From positions 1-38,407 of IMG/VR virus record IMGVR_UViG_3300027804_000113: a DNA stretch of 38,407 nucleotides, one strand, 5' to 3'. Below the pieces are notes generated by a model that saw only the letters and a list, made by a program, of their open reading frames with translations, was not told where the DNA came from and did no database searches. Both the position numbers and the translations under genes were made by a program. The DNA is from a virus (Duplodnaviria > Caudoviricetes). Each line of letters opens with the position of its first letter. Position 1 is the stretch's first letter. This document shows, piece after piece, positions 21,497 through 30,546 of this stretch.

Positions 21497-23085
21497 GTGG
21501 AATTGCAAATGCTTTTGTAGGTGGAACGTATAGTTCAGCCCCTTTGAACACAGTTGCTCCTGTCGTTAGCGGCACGGCAACTGTGGGTCAAGTTTTGAGT
21601 TCAACTACAGGGACATGGACAGGATTACCTGCCCCAACTTTTAGTTATCAATGGCAACGCAATTCCTCTAACATAAGCGGCGCAATTACATCCTCATATG
21701 TATTACAAAATGCTGATGCGGGAACAAATGTTCGTTGCGTAGTTACAGCGACAAACTCTGTTGCCGCCGTTAGCGCAAACTCAAATGCTACTGCGGCAGT
21801 CGCGGCAATCGCACCAAGCGCCCCTGTAATTGGCACAGCAACTCGCACGGGTTCAGGCACGATTCAAATAACTTTTACAGCGCCATCAAGCAACGGCGGT
21901 GCAACCATTACAAGCTATACAGCAACATCTTTGCCTAGCTTGATTACCGGTTCTGTATCTCAATCCGGTTCAGGAACAATTACTGTTTCCGGTTTAAATA
22001 ACGGAACAGCTTACACATTTACTGTTACAGCAACAAATTCTGCGGGTACAAGCCCTGCAAGTTCAGCGAGTAATTCTGCAACTCCATTTACTGTACCGAA
22101 TGCTCCGCTTGTTGGTACAGTATCTGCAACAAGCTCAACAACAGTCAATGTTCCATTTTCAGCGCCCGCAGTCAATGGCGGTTCTGCTATTACAAGCTAT
22201 ACGGCTGTATCCTCGCCGTCAGGAATTACTGGTACTCTTTCACAAGCCGGTTCAGGAACAATTGTTGTTAGCGGTTTAGCGCCAAGTACATCTTACACAT
22301 TTACTGTTTTTGCGACTAATGCGGCGGGAAATTCTGCGTCTAGCAGTTCAAGTAATTCTGTGGCAACCCCTGCGCCTCCGGGTCAAGCCGCATTTACAAC
22401 TGCCGGAACATTTAGTTGGACAGCACCGGCGGGTGTTACTTCAGTTAGCGTTGTTTGTGTAGGCGGTGGCGGTATTGGTGATTCTGCCGGAGGCAACGGA
22501 AGATCAGGTGGCGGCGGTGGTCTAGCTTGGAGAAATAACATTGCAGTTACTCCGGGGTCTTCATATACTGTTGTTGTTGGAGCAGGCACAGATGCTCAAG
22601 CTAGTTGGGTTGGTAGTTCGTCAACATGCGAAGGTCGTGGCGGTAGACGAGGTAACAACGGCGGCACTAGAGGTGATTTTTTTGCGCCGGGAGGCGGCGG
22701 TGGCGATGGTGGTCAAGGTGGTCTTGGATGGCCCGGAATCATTGAAGGCGGCGGTGGCGGCGCGGGCGGCTATTCAGGTAGTGGTGGCGCGGGCTTCAAT
22801 TATCTTGGCGGCGGTAACTATGCTGACCCAACTAACGGCGCGGGCGGTGGCGGCGCGGGCGGCTTCAGTGGCGGCGCGGGCGGTGTTGGAATTTTAGGTC
22901 AAGGTGCTAATGGCGCTGTTAACGGCGGTGGCGGTTCGGGCGGCGCAAATGGTAACGGCGGTTTTGGAGGCGCTTATGGTGGCGGCGGCGGCACAGATGG
23001 TCAAAATGGTGGTGTTGGAGCAGTCCGCATTATTTGGCCCGCCAGTACTCGCTCATTCCCATCAACTAACACGGGTAACTTGTAA
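21493..23085 (+). CDS. Ig-like/fibronectin type III plus glycine-rich virion protein
   Basis: FSYQWQR Ig-like domain; two Fn3 repeats ([10 protein letters not shown]...[12 protein letters not shown]); [14 protein letters not shown] Gly-rich C-terminus. Confidence 0.85.
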   Translation: MSGIANAFVGGTYSSAPLNTVAPVVSGTATVGQVLSSTTGTWTGLPAPTFSYQWQRNSSNISGAITSSYVLQNADAGTNVRCVVTATNSVAAVSANSNATAAVAAIAPSAPVIGTATRTGSGTIQITFTAPSSNGGATITSYTATSLPSLITGSVSQSGSGTITVSGLNNGTAYTFTVTATNSAGTSPASSASNSATPFTVPNAPLVGTVSATSSTTVNVPFSAPAVNGGSAITSYTAVSSPSGITGTLSQAGSGTIVVSGLAPSTSYTFTVFATNAAGNSASSSSSNSVATPAPPGQAAFTTAGTFSWTAPAGVTSVSVVCVGGGGIGDSAGGNGRSGGGGGLAWRNNIAVTPGSSYTVVVGAGTDAQASWVGSSSTCEGRGGRRGNNGGTRGDFFAPGGGGGDGGQGGLGWPGIIEGGGGGAGGYSGSGGAGFNYLGGGNYADPTNGAGGGGAGGFSGGAGGVGILGQGANGAVNGGGGSGGANGNGGFGGAYGGGGGTDGQNGGVGAVRIIWPASTRSFPSTNTGNL

Positions 23086-23546
23086 TGGAATTATTTATTA
23101 AGATTGTTGACGGACAACCTTTTGAGCATCCAATTTTGGGTGACAATTTTAGACAAGCGTTTCCTGATATTGATACAGAAAATTTGCCATCTAATTTTGC
23201 AAAATTTGTGCGTATTGAACGACCAACAGTGACAGCGTTGCAAATTGTTGAAGGTCCTGAGTATCAATGGATTGATGGCGTTGTTAAAGACGTTTGGACT
23301 GTGCGCGAAATGAATGAAACAGAACGCGCAAATGAAATTGAAATTAGAACAAATTTCGCAAATGAAATGTATCAAGAATTGTTAACATTTGTACAAAACA
23401 AATTAACAACCGAAACAAATGAAACTGCTATTGCGGCTTTGAATGATTGGCTAGTAGAATTGAATGCGTGGACTTTGGTTGACCCGTTAAACCCTAATGT
23501 TCCACACGCACCTGAAATTTTGAAACAACTTTACAGGCCAAAATAA
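23085..23546 (+). CDS. hypothetical protein (fibre-associated)
   Basis: TAATG-coupled to the Gly-rich protein gene. Confidence 0.65.
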   Translation: MELFIKIVDGQPFEHPILGDNFRQAFPDIDTENLPSNFAKFVRIERPTVTALQIVEGPEYQWIDGVVKDVWTVREMNETERANEIEIRTNFANEMYQELLTFVQNKLTTETNETAIAALNDWLVELNAWTLVDPLNPNVPHAPEILKQLYRPK

Positions 23547-23567
23547 CACTACACAACACAACAAGAC

Positions 23568-24677
23568 ATGAAAAAATTAAAAATTGCTGTATACGCCATT
23601 AGTAAAAACGAAGAACAATTTGTACACAGGTTTTGTGAATCAGCTAAAGACGCTGATTTAATCCTGATAGCCGACACAGGCTCAACCGATAACACAGTTG
23701 GTTTAGCAATAGAAAACGGCGCACTAGTACACGAAATTTGCATCAAGCCTTGGAGGTTTGATAAGGCCCGTGACACTGCCCTAGCACTCATCCCGGGAGA
23801 TTTTGATGTGTGTATCTCTCTTGACCTTGATGAGGTCCTTGAACCGGGATGGCGCGAAGAAATTGAACGTGTTTGGCAAGACAACACAACCCGTTTGCGC
23901 TACAAATTTGATTGGGGCTGTGGCATAAGCTTCTATTACGAAAAAATACATCATCGCGCCGGGTATCACTGGCATCACCCCGTACACGAATACCCAAGAC
24001 CTGACGGGCGTACTCAGGAAATTTACGCTCACACAGATATGCTGTTAGTCAGCCATCACCCTGACAACACCAAGTCCCGTGGTCAATACATGCCACTGCT
24101 TGATTTAGCAATCAAAGAAGACCCTTTCTGTCCTCGCAATGCGTTTTATCACGCACGTGAATTGACTTTTTACGCTAGGTGGTATGACGCTATAACAGCG
24201 TTGACAAAATACTTAGCAATGCCCGAAGCAACATGGCCTAATGAAAGATGTTACGCCATGCGATTGTTGGCTAAATGTCACGAAGAATTGGGGCAATCTA
24301 TAGAGGCTCACAAATGGTTTAGGTTGGCTATTGCTGAAGCGCCTAACACGCGAGAACCTTGGTGCGAATTGGCTATGTTCTGTTATCGCAGAAGTTTGTG
24401 GGTTGAATGTTATTCAGCCGCCAAATCGTGTTTAGAAATTAAAGATAAAGCATTAGTTTACACAATGGACCCCGATGTTTGGGGCGCTCGACCTTGGGAT
24501 TTGGGTAGCATATCCGCATGGCATCTAGGCTTAAAAGACGAAGCATTTGCGCTTGTGGCAAAAGCAATAGAATTAGAACCTGAAGATCAAAGATTGCGAA
24601 ACAATCTGCAATTTATGAAGCCCGACATACAAACCTTTGACAAGGTAACAGATGCCAAGCCCATTAGAAGCGCATGA
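23568..24677 (+). CDS. GT2 glycosyltransferase with TPR-like C-terminus
   Basis: ISKNEE, DTGSTD, RFDKARD, LDLDE (DxD), VHE motifs; helical repeats ending AIELEPED. Confidence 0.9.
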   Translation: MKKLKIAVYAISKNEEQFVHRFCESAKDADLILIADTGSTDNTVGLAIENGALVHEICIKPWRFDKARDTALALIPGDFDVCISLDLDEVLEPGWREEIERVWQDNTTRLRYKFDWGCGISFYYEKIHHRAGYHWHHPVHEYPRPDGRTQEIYAHTDMLLVSHHPDNTKSRGQYMPLLDLAIKEDPFCPRNAFYHARELTFYARWYDAITALTKYLAMPEATWPNERCYAMRLLAKCHEELGQSIEAHKWFRLAIAEAPNTREPWCELAMFCYRRSLWVECYSAAKSCLEIKDKALVYTMDPDVWGARPWDLGSISAWHLGLKDEAFALVAKAIELEPEDQRLRNNLQFMKPDIQTFDKVTDAKPIRSA

Positions 24678-24813
24678 GGAAATTTGTACATTGAGGTATG
24701 AGATGCTCTGTGCGCGAATTAAGCGCCTAGAGAGCATTCTCATAAAAGCCTGTGGTGCAATGCTACTAGGAATGGCGGGCGTGATTTATTCGTCGCTGAT
24801 ACACTTGAGGTAA
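24652..24813 (+). CDS. small membrane protein in lysis region (53 aa, absent from ORF track)
   Basis: Hand-translated MPSPLEAHEEICTLRYEMLCARIKRLESILIKACGAMLLGMAGVIYSSLIHLR; AAGGT RBS; TAATG coupling to next gene. Confidence 0.7.
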   Translation: MPSPLEAHEEICTLRYEMLCARIKRLESILIKACGAMLLGMAGVIYSSLIHLR

Positions 24814-25100
24814 TGAAATGGATGATTGTCGCCCTCTTAGCGGTGACAGTTATGGTATCAGCACAAAACAGATGCAATGTTCAAGATTTTGTTAACATAG
24901 CGCACACACTACACAATCCATCTGAGCGACATTTACAGCTTTTACGATGGCTAACATTACAAGGTCCAAACTGTTCTGCTGAACAACTCGTAATCATTTG
25001 GAATGGATTAGCGGGATGGGCGGGTACGGCTGACAGCGCCGAAATTAGAGCAAAAATCCTTCATTTGTATGAACAAGCTAACGCGAGGTCTGCAAAATGA
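24813..25100 (+). CDS. hypothetical protein with signal peptide
   Basis: MKWMIVALLAVTVMVSA leader; RBS GAGG. Confidence 0.7.
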   Translation: MKWMIVALLAVTVMVSAQNRCNVQDFVNIAHTLHNPSERHLQLLRWLTLQGPNCSAEQLVIIWNGLAGWAGTADSAEIRAKILHLYEQANARSAK

Positions 25101-25333
25101 TTATGTTAGACAAATGGTATCCCTACATCATTGAACGCCAAGGGGTTGAACGTGTTGCGTTTGCTAGGGCTGTTGCAAAAGTGCAAGAGGACTATGCTCA
25201 AGGCGTAAAAGCTAATAAAATTGAAGAAGCAACAAACGCTTTGGATGTAGAGTTGTACAACAAACGCGCAAGACAAAACACCATTGAGTTGGAAATGTTT
25301 TCTAACAGAAGACGTTTTCAAATTTTTGTATGA
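25097..25333 (+). CDS. hypothetical protein
   Basis: ATGA overlap, helical. Confidence 0.6.
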   Translation: MIMLDKWYPYIIERQGVERVAFARAVAKVQEDYAQGVKANKIEEATNALDVELYNKRARQNTIELEMFSNRRRFQIFV

Positions 25334-25351
25334 CATGGCCTGACAGATATT

Positions 25352-25690
25352 ATGCAAAACACCAAAGACAAACTGGTTTACACAGTCACGATTTGCGTAA
25401 CACTAACCCTGTGTTTCTCCGTGTTAAGCATGGTGGTCAGCTTTATGTTGGGTCTGTGGGCCAAGGAAGTGGACAACGCAGAAATTTTCAAGATGATTTC
25501 ACCCGCTTTTTCTACTCTTATCGGAGGCATGATTGGATTCCTGAGTGGTATCAAGCTAAATCAAAACGAAACGACTGACAAACCTAAAGGTGACAAAAAT
25601 GATGGGATTAGATGCGATTTTGAATATCGGCACGAAGCTAGTGGACAAGTTGATTCCCGACCCGGAGGCGAAAGCAAAAGCACAACTTGA
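25352..25690 (+). CDS. two-TM membrane protein (holin/antiholin candidate)
   Basis: Two hydrophobic segments; PAFSTLIGGMIGFLSG; 3' end overlaps the next gene. Confidence 0.6.
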   Translation: MQNTKDKLVYTVTICVTLTLCFSVLSMVVSFMLGLWAKEVDNAEIFKMISPAFSTLIGGMIGFLSGIKLNQNETTDKPKGDKNDGIRCDFEYRHEASGQVDSRPGGESKSTT

Positions 25691-26006
25691 ATTACAAAAG
25701 ATGGTTCAAGATGGTGAGTTAGCTAAAATGGCTAACGAAACCAAACTGTTTGAGGTTGAGCAAGAAAATGTAACACGCCGTGTAGAGGCCGACATGGCAA
25801 GCGATTCCTGGTTGTCTAAAAACATTCGACCAATGACGCTTATTTTTCTGTTGATAGCTTATTCAGGATTTGCGATAGCTTCAATATTTGAATTTGAAAC
25901 ACGTGCCGCTTATGTTGAACTATTAGGCCAATGGGGTATGTTGGTAATGTCGTTTTACTTTGGTGGGCGAACAATGGAAAAAATTGCCGATAGGATGAAA
26001 AAATGA
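25599..26006 (+). CDS. holin (3TM / GTA-holin-like)
   Basis: LVDKLIPDP, DSWLSKNIRP, FYFGGRTMEK; directly before the endolysin. Confidence 0.82.
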   Translation: MMGLDAILNIGTKLVDKLIPDPEAKAKAQLELQKMVQDGELAKMANETKLFEVEQENVTRRVEADMASDSWLSKNIRPMTLIFLLIAYSGFAIASIFEFETRAAYVELLGQWGMLVMSFYFGGRTMEKIADRMKK

Positions 26007-26431
26007 ACTTGACAGAACATTTCACATTAGAAGAATTGACTCACACGGACCACAGGACATTAGACAACACGCCTAATGAAGCTGAATTGGCAAATCTCCG
26101 TAGGCTTGCAGAATTCCTTGAAGAACTCAAAACATTGTTGTTTGGTCAGCCCATCATAGTCAATAGTGCTTTTAGGTCTAAAGCAGTGAATGATGCCGTA
26201 GGAAGCAAAGACACATCACAACACAGGGTTGGTTGCGCGGCAGATATTCGAGTGCCGGGGATGTCGCCTGACCAAGTAGTGCGGGCCATTCTTGGGTCGG
26301 GATTAGGTTATGACCAAGTGATTCGGGAATTTGACCGGTGGACACACATCAGCATTCCAAATGAGGAAGCCCGTTCACCCCGTAAACAGGCTTTGATTAT
26401 CGACAAAACGGGGACAAGGCCATTCGCCTAA
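26003..26431 (+). CDS. endolysin, peptidase M15A family
   Basis: HFTLEEL, NSAFRS, SQHRVGCAADI, WTHIS Zn-ligand motifs. Confidence 0.92.
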   Translation: MNLTEHFTLEELTHTDHRTLDNTPNEAELANLRRLAEFLEELKTLLFGQPIIVNSAFRSKAVNDAVGSKDTSQHRVGCAADIRVPGMSPDQVVRAILGSGLGYDQVIREFDRWTHISIPNEEARSPRKQALIIDKTGTRPFA

Positions 26432-26483
26432 TCCCCGTTTAGATGCACTTAAAACGTGCGCAGTGCAACGATTGAGGTTGGGG

Positions 26484-26591
26484 TCAGAGCAACCCCCAAC
26501 CAAAAGAAAAAAGCTCAAAATTGATGCGGAAAATGATTCCCAAAAAAATCATACTGGCGCACCATCCAAAAATTGCGTAAATGTATTTCAT
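26484..26591 (-). CDS. small hydrophobic protein (35 aa, absent from ORF track)
   Basis: Hand-translated MKYIYAIFGWCASMIFLGIIFRINFELFSFGWGLL; ATGA overlap with upstream gene. Confidence 0.55.
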   Translation of the reverse strand: MKYIYAIFGWCASMIFLGIIFRINFELFSFGWGLL

Positions 26592-26941
26592 TCTTCATCA
26601 TCCCGGTTGTCTGATTTAGCTTTTGGGGTTTTTCGGTACTCAAAAATATAACTTCGGTCCGGATAACTCAATGCCCAAAGTCGAGCAAGGTAAGGGGAAT
26701 AGTTGTTGTTGAGTTTAAACCCGTCAGTTGACTTTTGCTCAATAGCTGTGTGGTGTCTCAAAAAATGAAGAATGGTTCTAGCTGAATAATGCTTAAAACC
26801 AATGTCAATAATTTTGAAAGTCTCAACAGCAAAATAATGCCAAATGTGTGCGTTTTTTGGCAACCATTCTACAAAATCATCTGAAAACTGATCTCGATTT
26901 TCTTCAATCAGGTCTAGGTAGCGTTGTCCTATAGGTTTCAT
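26588..26941 (-). CDS. phage protein of unknown function
   Basis: RBS AAAGGA before ATG 26941; YSARTI...FKLNNNYSPYLAR motif. Confidence 0.8.
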   Translation of the reverse strand: MKPIGQRYLDLIEENRDQFSDDFVEWLPKNAHIWHYFAVETFKIIDIGFKHYSARTILHFLRHHTAIEQKSTDGFKLNNNYSPYLARLWALSYPDRSYIFEYRKTPKAKSDNRDDEE

Positions 26942-26959
26942 GTAATGTCCTTTGCGGCT

Positions 26960-27003
26960 TTTAGCCAATATGAAGCATTGTCTATGGTTCAGAACAAAGA
27001 CCA
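26960..27003. repeat. 44-nt imperfect copy of MCP gene segment 5172-5215
   Basis: 38/44 identity by manual alignment; antisense to MCP mRNA when the leftward operon is transcribed. Confidence 0.9.
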
Positions 27004-27061
27004 GTTTGTGTTAAAACTGGTAATGCCAGTGCGGGGTGGGGCTACAAACCCCACCGCCTCA

Positions 27062-27274
27062 TCAGTACTGCGGTTCTTGTTCTCCCTCAGGTTCAGGGTC
27101 ATTCAGGAATGCCCGACCATCCCAATCCTTGAAAGGCATCAGGTCAAGGACTAGCATCTGACCGGCGCGGGTTTCAATAACGCTACCAATGGTGCGGTAG
27201 CGATTTTTTTCTTTGCCATCTTTATCGGTGTATGTACCAACAGAAGCTTTTACGATTTTTAGGGTTTTTGCCAT
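27062..27274 (-). CDS. small putative ssDNA-binding protein
   Basis: YTDKDGKEKNRYRTIG pattern, acidic tail, next to exonuclease and annealase. Confidence 0.55.
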   Translation of the reverse strand: MAKTLKIVKASVGTYTDKDGKEKNRYRTIGSVIETRAGQMLVLDLMPFKDWDGRAFLNDPEPEGEQEPQY

Positions 27275-27888
27275 TAAAGGACCTTTAGGTTGTTGAGAAA
27301 TTCCACTTTTTCTTGCACTTCGTTCAAGAACTGTTCCACCTGATTTTCTAATTCCACTATCAACATTTCATTCATGTTTACACGAATTATTTTCAGTTGT
27401 AGCGCCTCAGGCATACGGGGGTCAAACGACACAAAGTCGCACCACTCCCGGTCAGTACACGCCATCTGCCACTGCATCTGTAGCATGTACCTGTTGTCAA
27501 TAGTCCCGTTAATAAGGGTTTCGATGTGTGTGGCGGTGTTAGGGCATTTGATTTCAATCAGGCCGTTGTCACCCACTAGGCCATCCGGAGATGCGCCACA
27601 CATAGGCAAAGATTCGTGTTCAATAAACCCTACCTCATCAACCATTGAGTCTGTTGTCATCTCATAAGCGGCGCGGGCAAGCGGCTCTGTGTCCGTACCC
27701 CACTGCATGGCACTGTTGCTGTATGACTCAGTCGGTTTCCCGGTCATGCGCTCAACAATCAACTGAGCCATGTAATTGCCCCGGCTTGCAGATACCCCTG
27801 TCTTGGTCTTGGCGACCACGTCTGCGATGCGCGAGGCTGTCACCTTGCCCAAACGGGCGGCAAACCAATCATCTGTTCCTTGGTCCAT
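27274..27888 (-). CDS. YqaJ / lambda-exonuclease family recombinase
   Basis: QGTDDWFAARLGKVTAS, ASPDGLV, IEIKCP, QMQWQM. Confidence 0.95.
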   Translation of the reverse strand: MDQGTDDWFAARLGKVTASRIADVVAKTKTGVSASRGNYMAQLIVERMTGKPTESYSNSAMQWGTDTEPLARAAYEMTTDSMVDEVGFIEHESLPMCGASPDGLVGDNGLIEIKCPNTATHIETLINGTIDNRYMLQMQWQMACTDREWCDFVSFDPRMPEALQLKIIRVNMNEMLIVELENQVEQFLNEVQEKVEFLNNLKVL

Positions 27889-28481
27889 TATTTGCTCCCC
27901 AACAGTTTTTTCTTTTTGTCTTTGGCGGCGATGATTTTCTTTTGAGAAATCAGGTCAGTGTTGGCGGCTTCATAGGCCATGAAATAAGCCCTTTTCAAGC
28001 TTTCCCCGTCTGTCGCAGACATGATGTTTGTCAAGTGATCTGCCAATTCATTTTCCGGGAGCATGTATTGTGTTGTAACAGAGGCCGACATCCCGTCATC
28101 ATCTACTGGTGCGAGGCCAAAGGCCGACATGAGCGAATAACGGCGGGCATACGTCAAGGCGCTACCAAAGGCTGTAGGGCGCGAATCAGCCACAGGCATG
28201 TGCAACTCACCAAGCGTCAACAACCCGCCTGATTCGTGAAAAATAACTGTTCTGACAAACACGCCATTGTCTTTGCTCTCAGCCCACTGTGACAGGCCAA
28301 ATCCCTCATCGTGTAGTCCGTCTATCACGGCATCAATACACTCTGCAAGGTCCGCATAGCGGCTCTTGAGGTGAGTGTTCTCTACCTTTTTAAGGGCCTT
28401 TTTAAATTTACGTTGTGCGCGAACAAAGGCGCTGAACAACAACGCATCATCATCAATGTTTTGTGCTATCTCTATTGTCAT
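27888..28481 (-). CDS. ERF-family single-strand annealing protein
   Basis: KSRYADLA, HESG, GSALTYARRYSLMSAFGL..DDDG; RBS AGGAG before ATG 28481. Confidence 0.92.
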   Translation of the reverse strand: MTIEIAQNIDDDALLFSAFVRAQRKFKKALKKVENTHLKSRYADLAECIDAVIDGLHDEGFGLSQWAESKDNGVFVRTVIFHESGGLLTLGELHMPVADSRPTAFGSALTYARRYSLMSAFGLAPVDDDGMSASVTTQYMLPENELADHLTNIMSATDGESLKRAYFMAYEAANTDLISQKKIIAAKDKKKKLLGSK

Positions 28482-28686
28482 TATTGACTCCTGTAAATGT
28501 TTCAATGATTGCTTTTTGGGCTTCAATCATGTTTTCGTGTGAGTTTAAAAATTTGCAAAGTGTTTGAACAACGCCGCGCAACAAACCGCATTCATAGGCC
28601 AAAATGTCCTCACGGGGCATTCCGTCTAATTTGCGTCTTGCAAGTGATTCGCAATCCTCAACCATGCTTCTGTAGTCGTAGGTCAT
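28453..28686 (-). CDS. hypothetical protein
   Basis: ATGA-coupled ORF in early operon. Confidence 0.6.
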   Translation of the reverse strand: MTYDYRSMVEDCESLARRKLDGMPREDILAYECGLLRGVVQTLCKFLNSHENMIEAQKAIIETFTGVNNDNRDSTKH

Positions 28687-28799
28687 ACAACCCCCAACAG
28701 AATTGCTTGCCAAAACAAATCTTCATCAGACATTGTTATGGGCGTTTTGTAAGCTGAACCAATCACAATCCCGGACTTAGTTGTGATGAATTCAGTCAT
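28683..28799 (-). CDS. hypothetical protein (38 aa)
   Basis: MTEFITTKSGIVIGSAYK..., overlap-coupled on both sides. Confidence 0.55.
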   Translation of the reverse strand: MTEFITTKSGIVIGSAYKTPITMSDEDLFWQAILLGVV

Positions 28800-29052
28800 T
28801 GTTGCTTTCCCATCTCGCAATGGCGGCCTCATCAGCATCTGATTGACGTTGCAAGGTGTGATGGGCATCAATTTTGGCTGTAATGGTTTCATAGTCTTTG
28901 TCCGTAAGGGAATACGTGATTTCACCTTGCTCATTGCTGAGTGAATAATCAAAACCTTCAGGCTGACCCACGGATGGGTCTGCTTCAAGGTATTCGTATT
29001 CAACAAGGATGTCATCACCAGTAGATGGCAAAGTCATCTCAAATTGATTCAT
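28792..29052 (-). CDS. hypothetical acidic protein
   Basis: RBS GGAGG, TAATG coupling; EADPSVG motif. Confidence 0.65.
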   Translation of the reverse strand: MNQFEMTLPSTGDDILVEYEYLEADPSVGQPEGFDYSLSNEQGEITYSLTDKDYETITAKIDAHHTLQRQSDADEAAIARWESNND

Positions 29053-29168
29053 TAGGGCCTCCACACAAATAAGTCGAGGACAACCACTGCGATGCCTACG
29101 GCATACACAGCGAACCAAATAACATTCCACTTGAGAGAATCGAATTCTTTTTGTGTCATATATTTCAT
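29052..29168 (-). CDS. small single-TM protein (38 aa, absent from ORF track)
   Basis: Hand-translated MKYMTQKEFDSLKWNVIWFAVYAVGIAVVVLDLFVWRP; RBS AAAGGA. Confidence 0.65.
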   Translation of the reverse strand: MKYMTQKEFDSLKWNVIWFAVYAVGIAVVVLDLFVWRP

Positions 29169-29201
29169 TTGTTTTCCTTTGAGGGGCACAAGCCCCATTG
29201 A

Positions 29202-30197
29202 TTAAGCCAACAACAAAGCTTCTGCTTGTGACTTGAGACGATTGCCATCACCAAACCATGCGTTAGTCATACGAGTGTCGGCGTTGTGGCCTCGCTCATG
29301 GTCTACATACTGCGTCACGGCGTTTAACAAGCCCCAACGTGTGCCTCTAGCGGCTTTCAAGTCTGAACCCATGCCCTTACCATCGAACAACTCCAAGACT
29401 TTTTTGTATGAACGGCTATCAGCCATAACAGTCTGCTTTGAGGGCCATCCCTCGACCTTAACTTGCTGTTGTGTTGGTGGGAACAACTCTGTCAAGAATT
29501 GCTTGACATATTGATGACCAACAGTAGTGCGGGCCAACTTGCGGTAGTTGTCCATCATTCCCTCAAAGCCTCCAACAACCAAACCAAGGCGGTCGCGCAT
29601 CATGCTTGCATCGAAACGTGCGCCATGGGTGATTGATACACGGCTTGGGGCTGATTCGCGGTCTGCCATAGATAAAGTATTGTTACAAACCACACGAACA
29701 CTTGTGAATTGACCGATAGTCGCTGTTGAGCCATCGAAGCTTGTAGACAACAACAGATAACCCCGTACAGCATCATCGTTCATCAAGCAAGCCTCTTTGT
29801 TGACGTTAGCCAAGGCCCAAATACGCTTACCACCACTGATACAACCGGCTGTCTCAAGAGTGAAACCGGCTGAAGATACAAGCGTGTTAAAAAATTCAAG
29901 GATTTCACCGGGTTGGTGAATGCGATAGCGGTCTGTCACAACACCCAAAGGTTGGTTAGTGTCATTGCGATAGATTACCTTGCGGCCTGTCACAGCGACC
30001 ATTGAAGTCAGAGAGTCATTAGGCTTGAACAGCACGGGAGTGACTTCAGCATCCCAAGCAAGACCGGCCTCTTTGCGCCACACCTCAATGGGAGCATTAG
30101 GGGACAAATCCTGACCAAGACCATGCCAAGGTTTTGCGCCTACATAAGCAATTTCGGCCTTGCCAGTGATTGCGTTGTTTTCGATTAAGTGAGCCAT
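29202..30197 (-). CDS. DUF932 (phage/plasmid-like) protein
   Basis: PWHGLG, ETAG..GGKRIW, YLLLSTSFDGS, RVVCNNTL, GTRWGLLNAVTQYVDH. Confidence 0.9.
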   Translation of the reverse strand: MAHLIENNAITGKAEIAYVGAKPWHGLGQDLSPNAPIEVWRKEAGLAWDAEVTPVLFKPNDSLTSMVAVTGRKVIYRNDTNQPLGVVTDRYRIHQPGEILEFFNTLVSSAGFTLETAGCISGGKRIWALANVNKEACLMNDDAVRGYLLLSTSFDGSTATIGQFTSVRVVCNNTLSMADRESAPSRVSITHGARFDASMMRDRLGLVVGGFEGMMDNYRKLARTTVGHQYVKQFLTELFPPTQQQVKVEGWPSKQTVMADSRSYKKVLELFDGKGMGSDLKAARGTRWGLLNAVTQYVDHERGHNADTRMTNAWFGDGNRLKSQAEALLLA

Positions 30198-30202
30198 TGT
30201 AT

Positions 30203-30285
30203 TTTCCTGTATAAAAGACCCCGGAGGGCAAAGTTGTGATGAGCCGGATGGCACATCCCAAGGCTCACATAATGAGCCTCAGGAT
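30203..30285 (-). ncRNA. structured leader element, copy A
   Basis: 13-bp stem covarying with copy B, plus shared downstream motifs up to the RBS. Confidence 0.65.
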
Positions 30286-30288
30286 AGG

Positions 30289-30546
30289 TCATGAGCGTGT
30301 TGTAATTTCCTTAGATGAAACCAGTGGGCCTGTCAAAATGCTGTTTTCAATCTGTTGCAAAGTCGGTTTTTTCAGCATGAATGAATCATGATTGCAACCG
30401 CAAAGGCGTGTGCCTTCACGCCACAACAAAAATACTGTTGTTCTGTCATCAAAATGACCGATGGTGTAAACCTGTGCATCTTTGGCATCAGAAACAACAA
30501 CCAGTTGACCTAAGTACAAGCTGAGTGAGGAAAGGTAGCGGCCCAT
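30289..30546 (-). CDS. hypothetical protein
   Basis: RBS AGGAG, TAATG coupling. Confidence 0.65.
   Translation of the reverse strand: MGRYLSSLSLYLGQLVVVSDAKDAQVYTIGHFDDRTTVFLLWREGTRLCGCNHDSFMLKKPTLQQIENSILTGPLVSSKEITTRS

Noticed and set aside
26477-26512. Terminator between the convergent lysis and early operons
   Set aside because: A gttgggg/ccccaac stem exists, but neither strand has a U tract 3' of it, and it overlaps a small ORF
26960-27003. DGR template/variable repeat pair with the MCP segment
   Set aside because: Mismatches are not adenine-specific in either direction, and no reverse transcriptase is encoded
26924-27154. + strand ORF containing FSQYEALSMVQNKDQ as a third capsid gene or pseudogene
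   Set aside because: Similarity covers only ~15-18 codons; the ORF lies against a leftward operon, overlaps two better genes and has no RBS. Treated as a nucleotide-level element.
30234-30257. Hammerhead ribozyme-like tgatga-gcc-ggat-ggc on the + strand
   Set aside because: Lacks the C of CUGAUGA and the GAAA core, is not preserved in copy B, and G-U pairs indicate the - strand is the functional one
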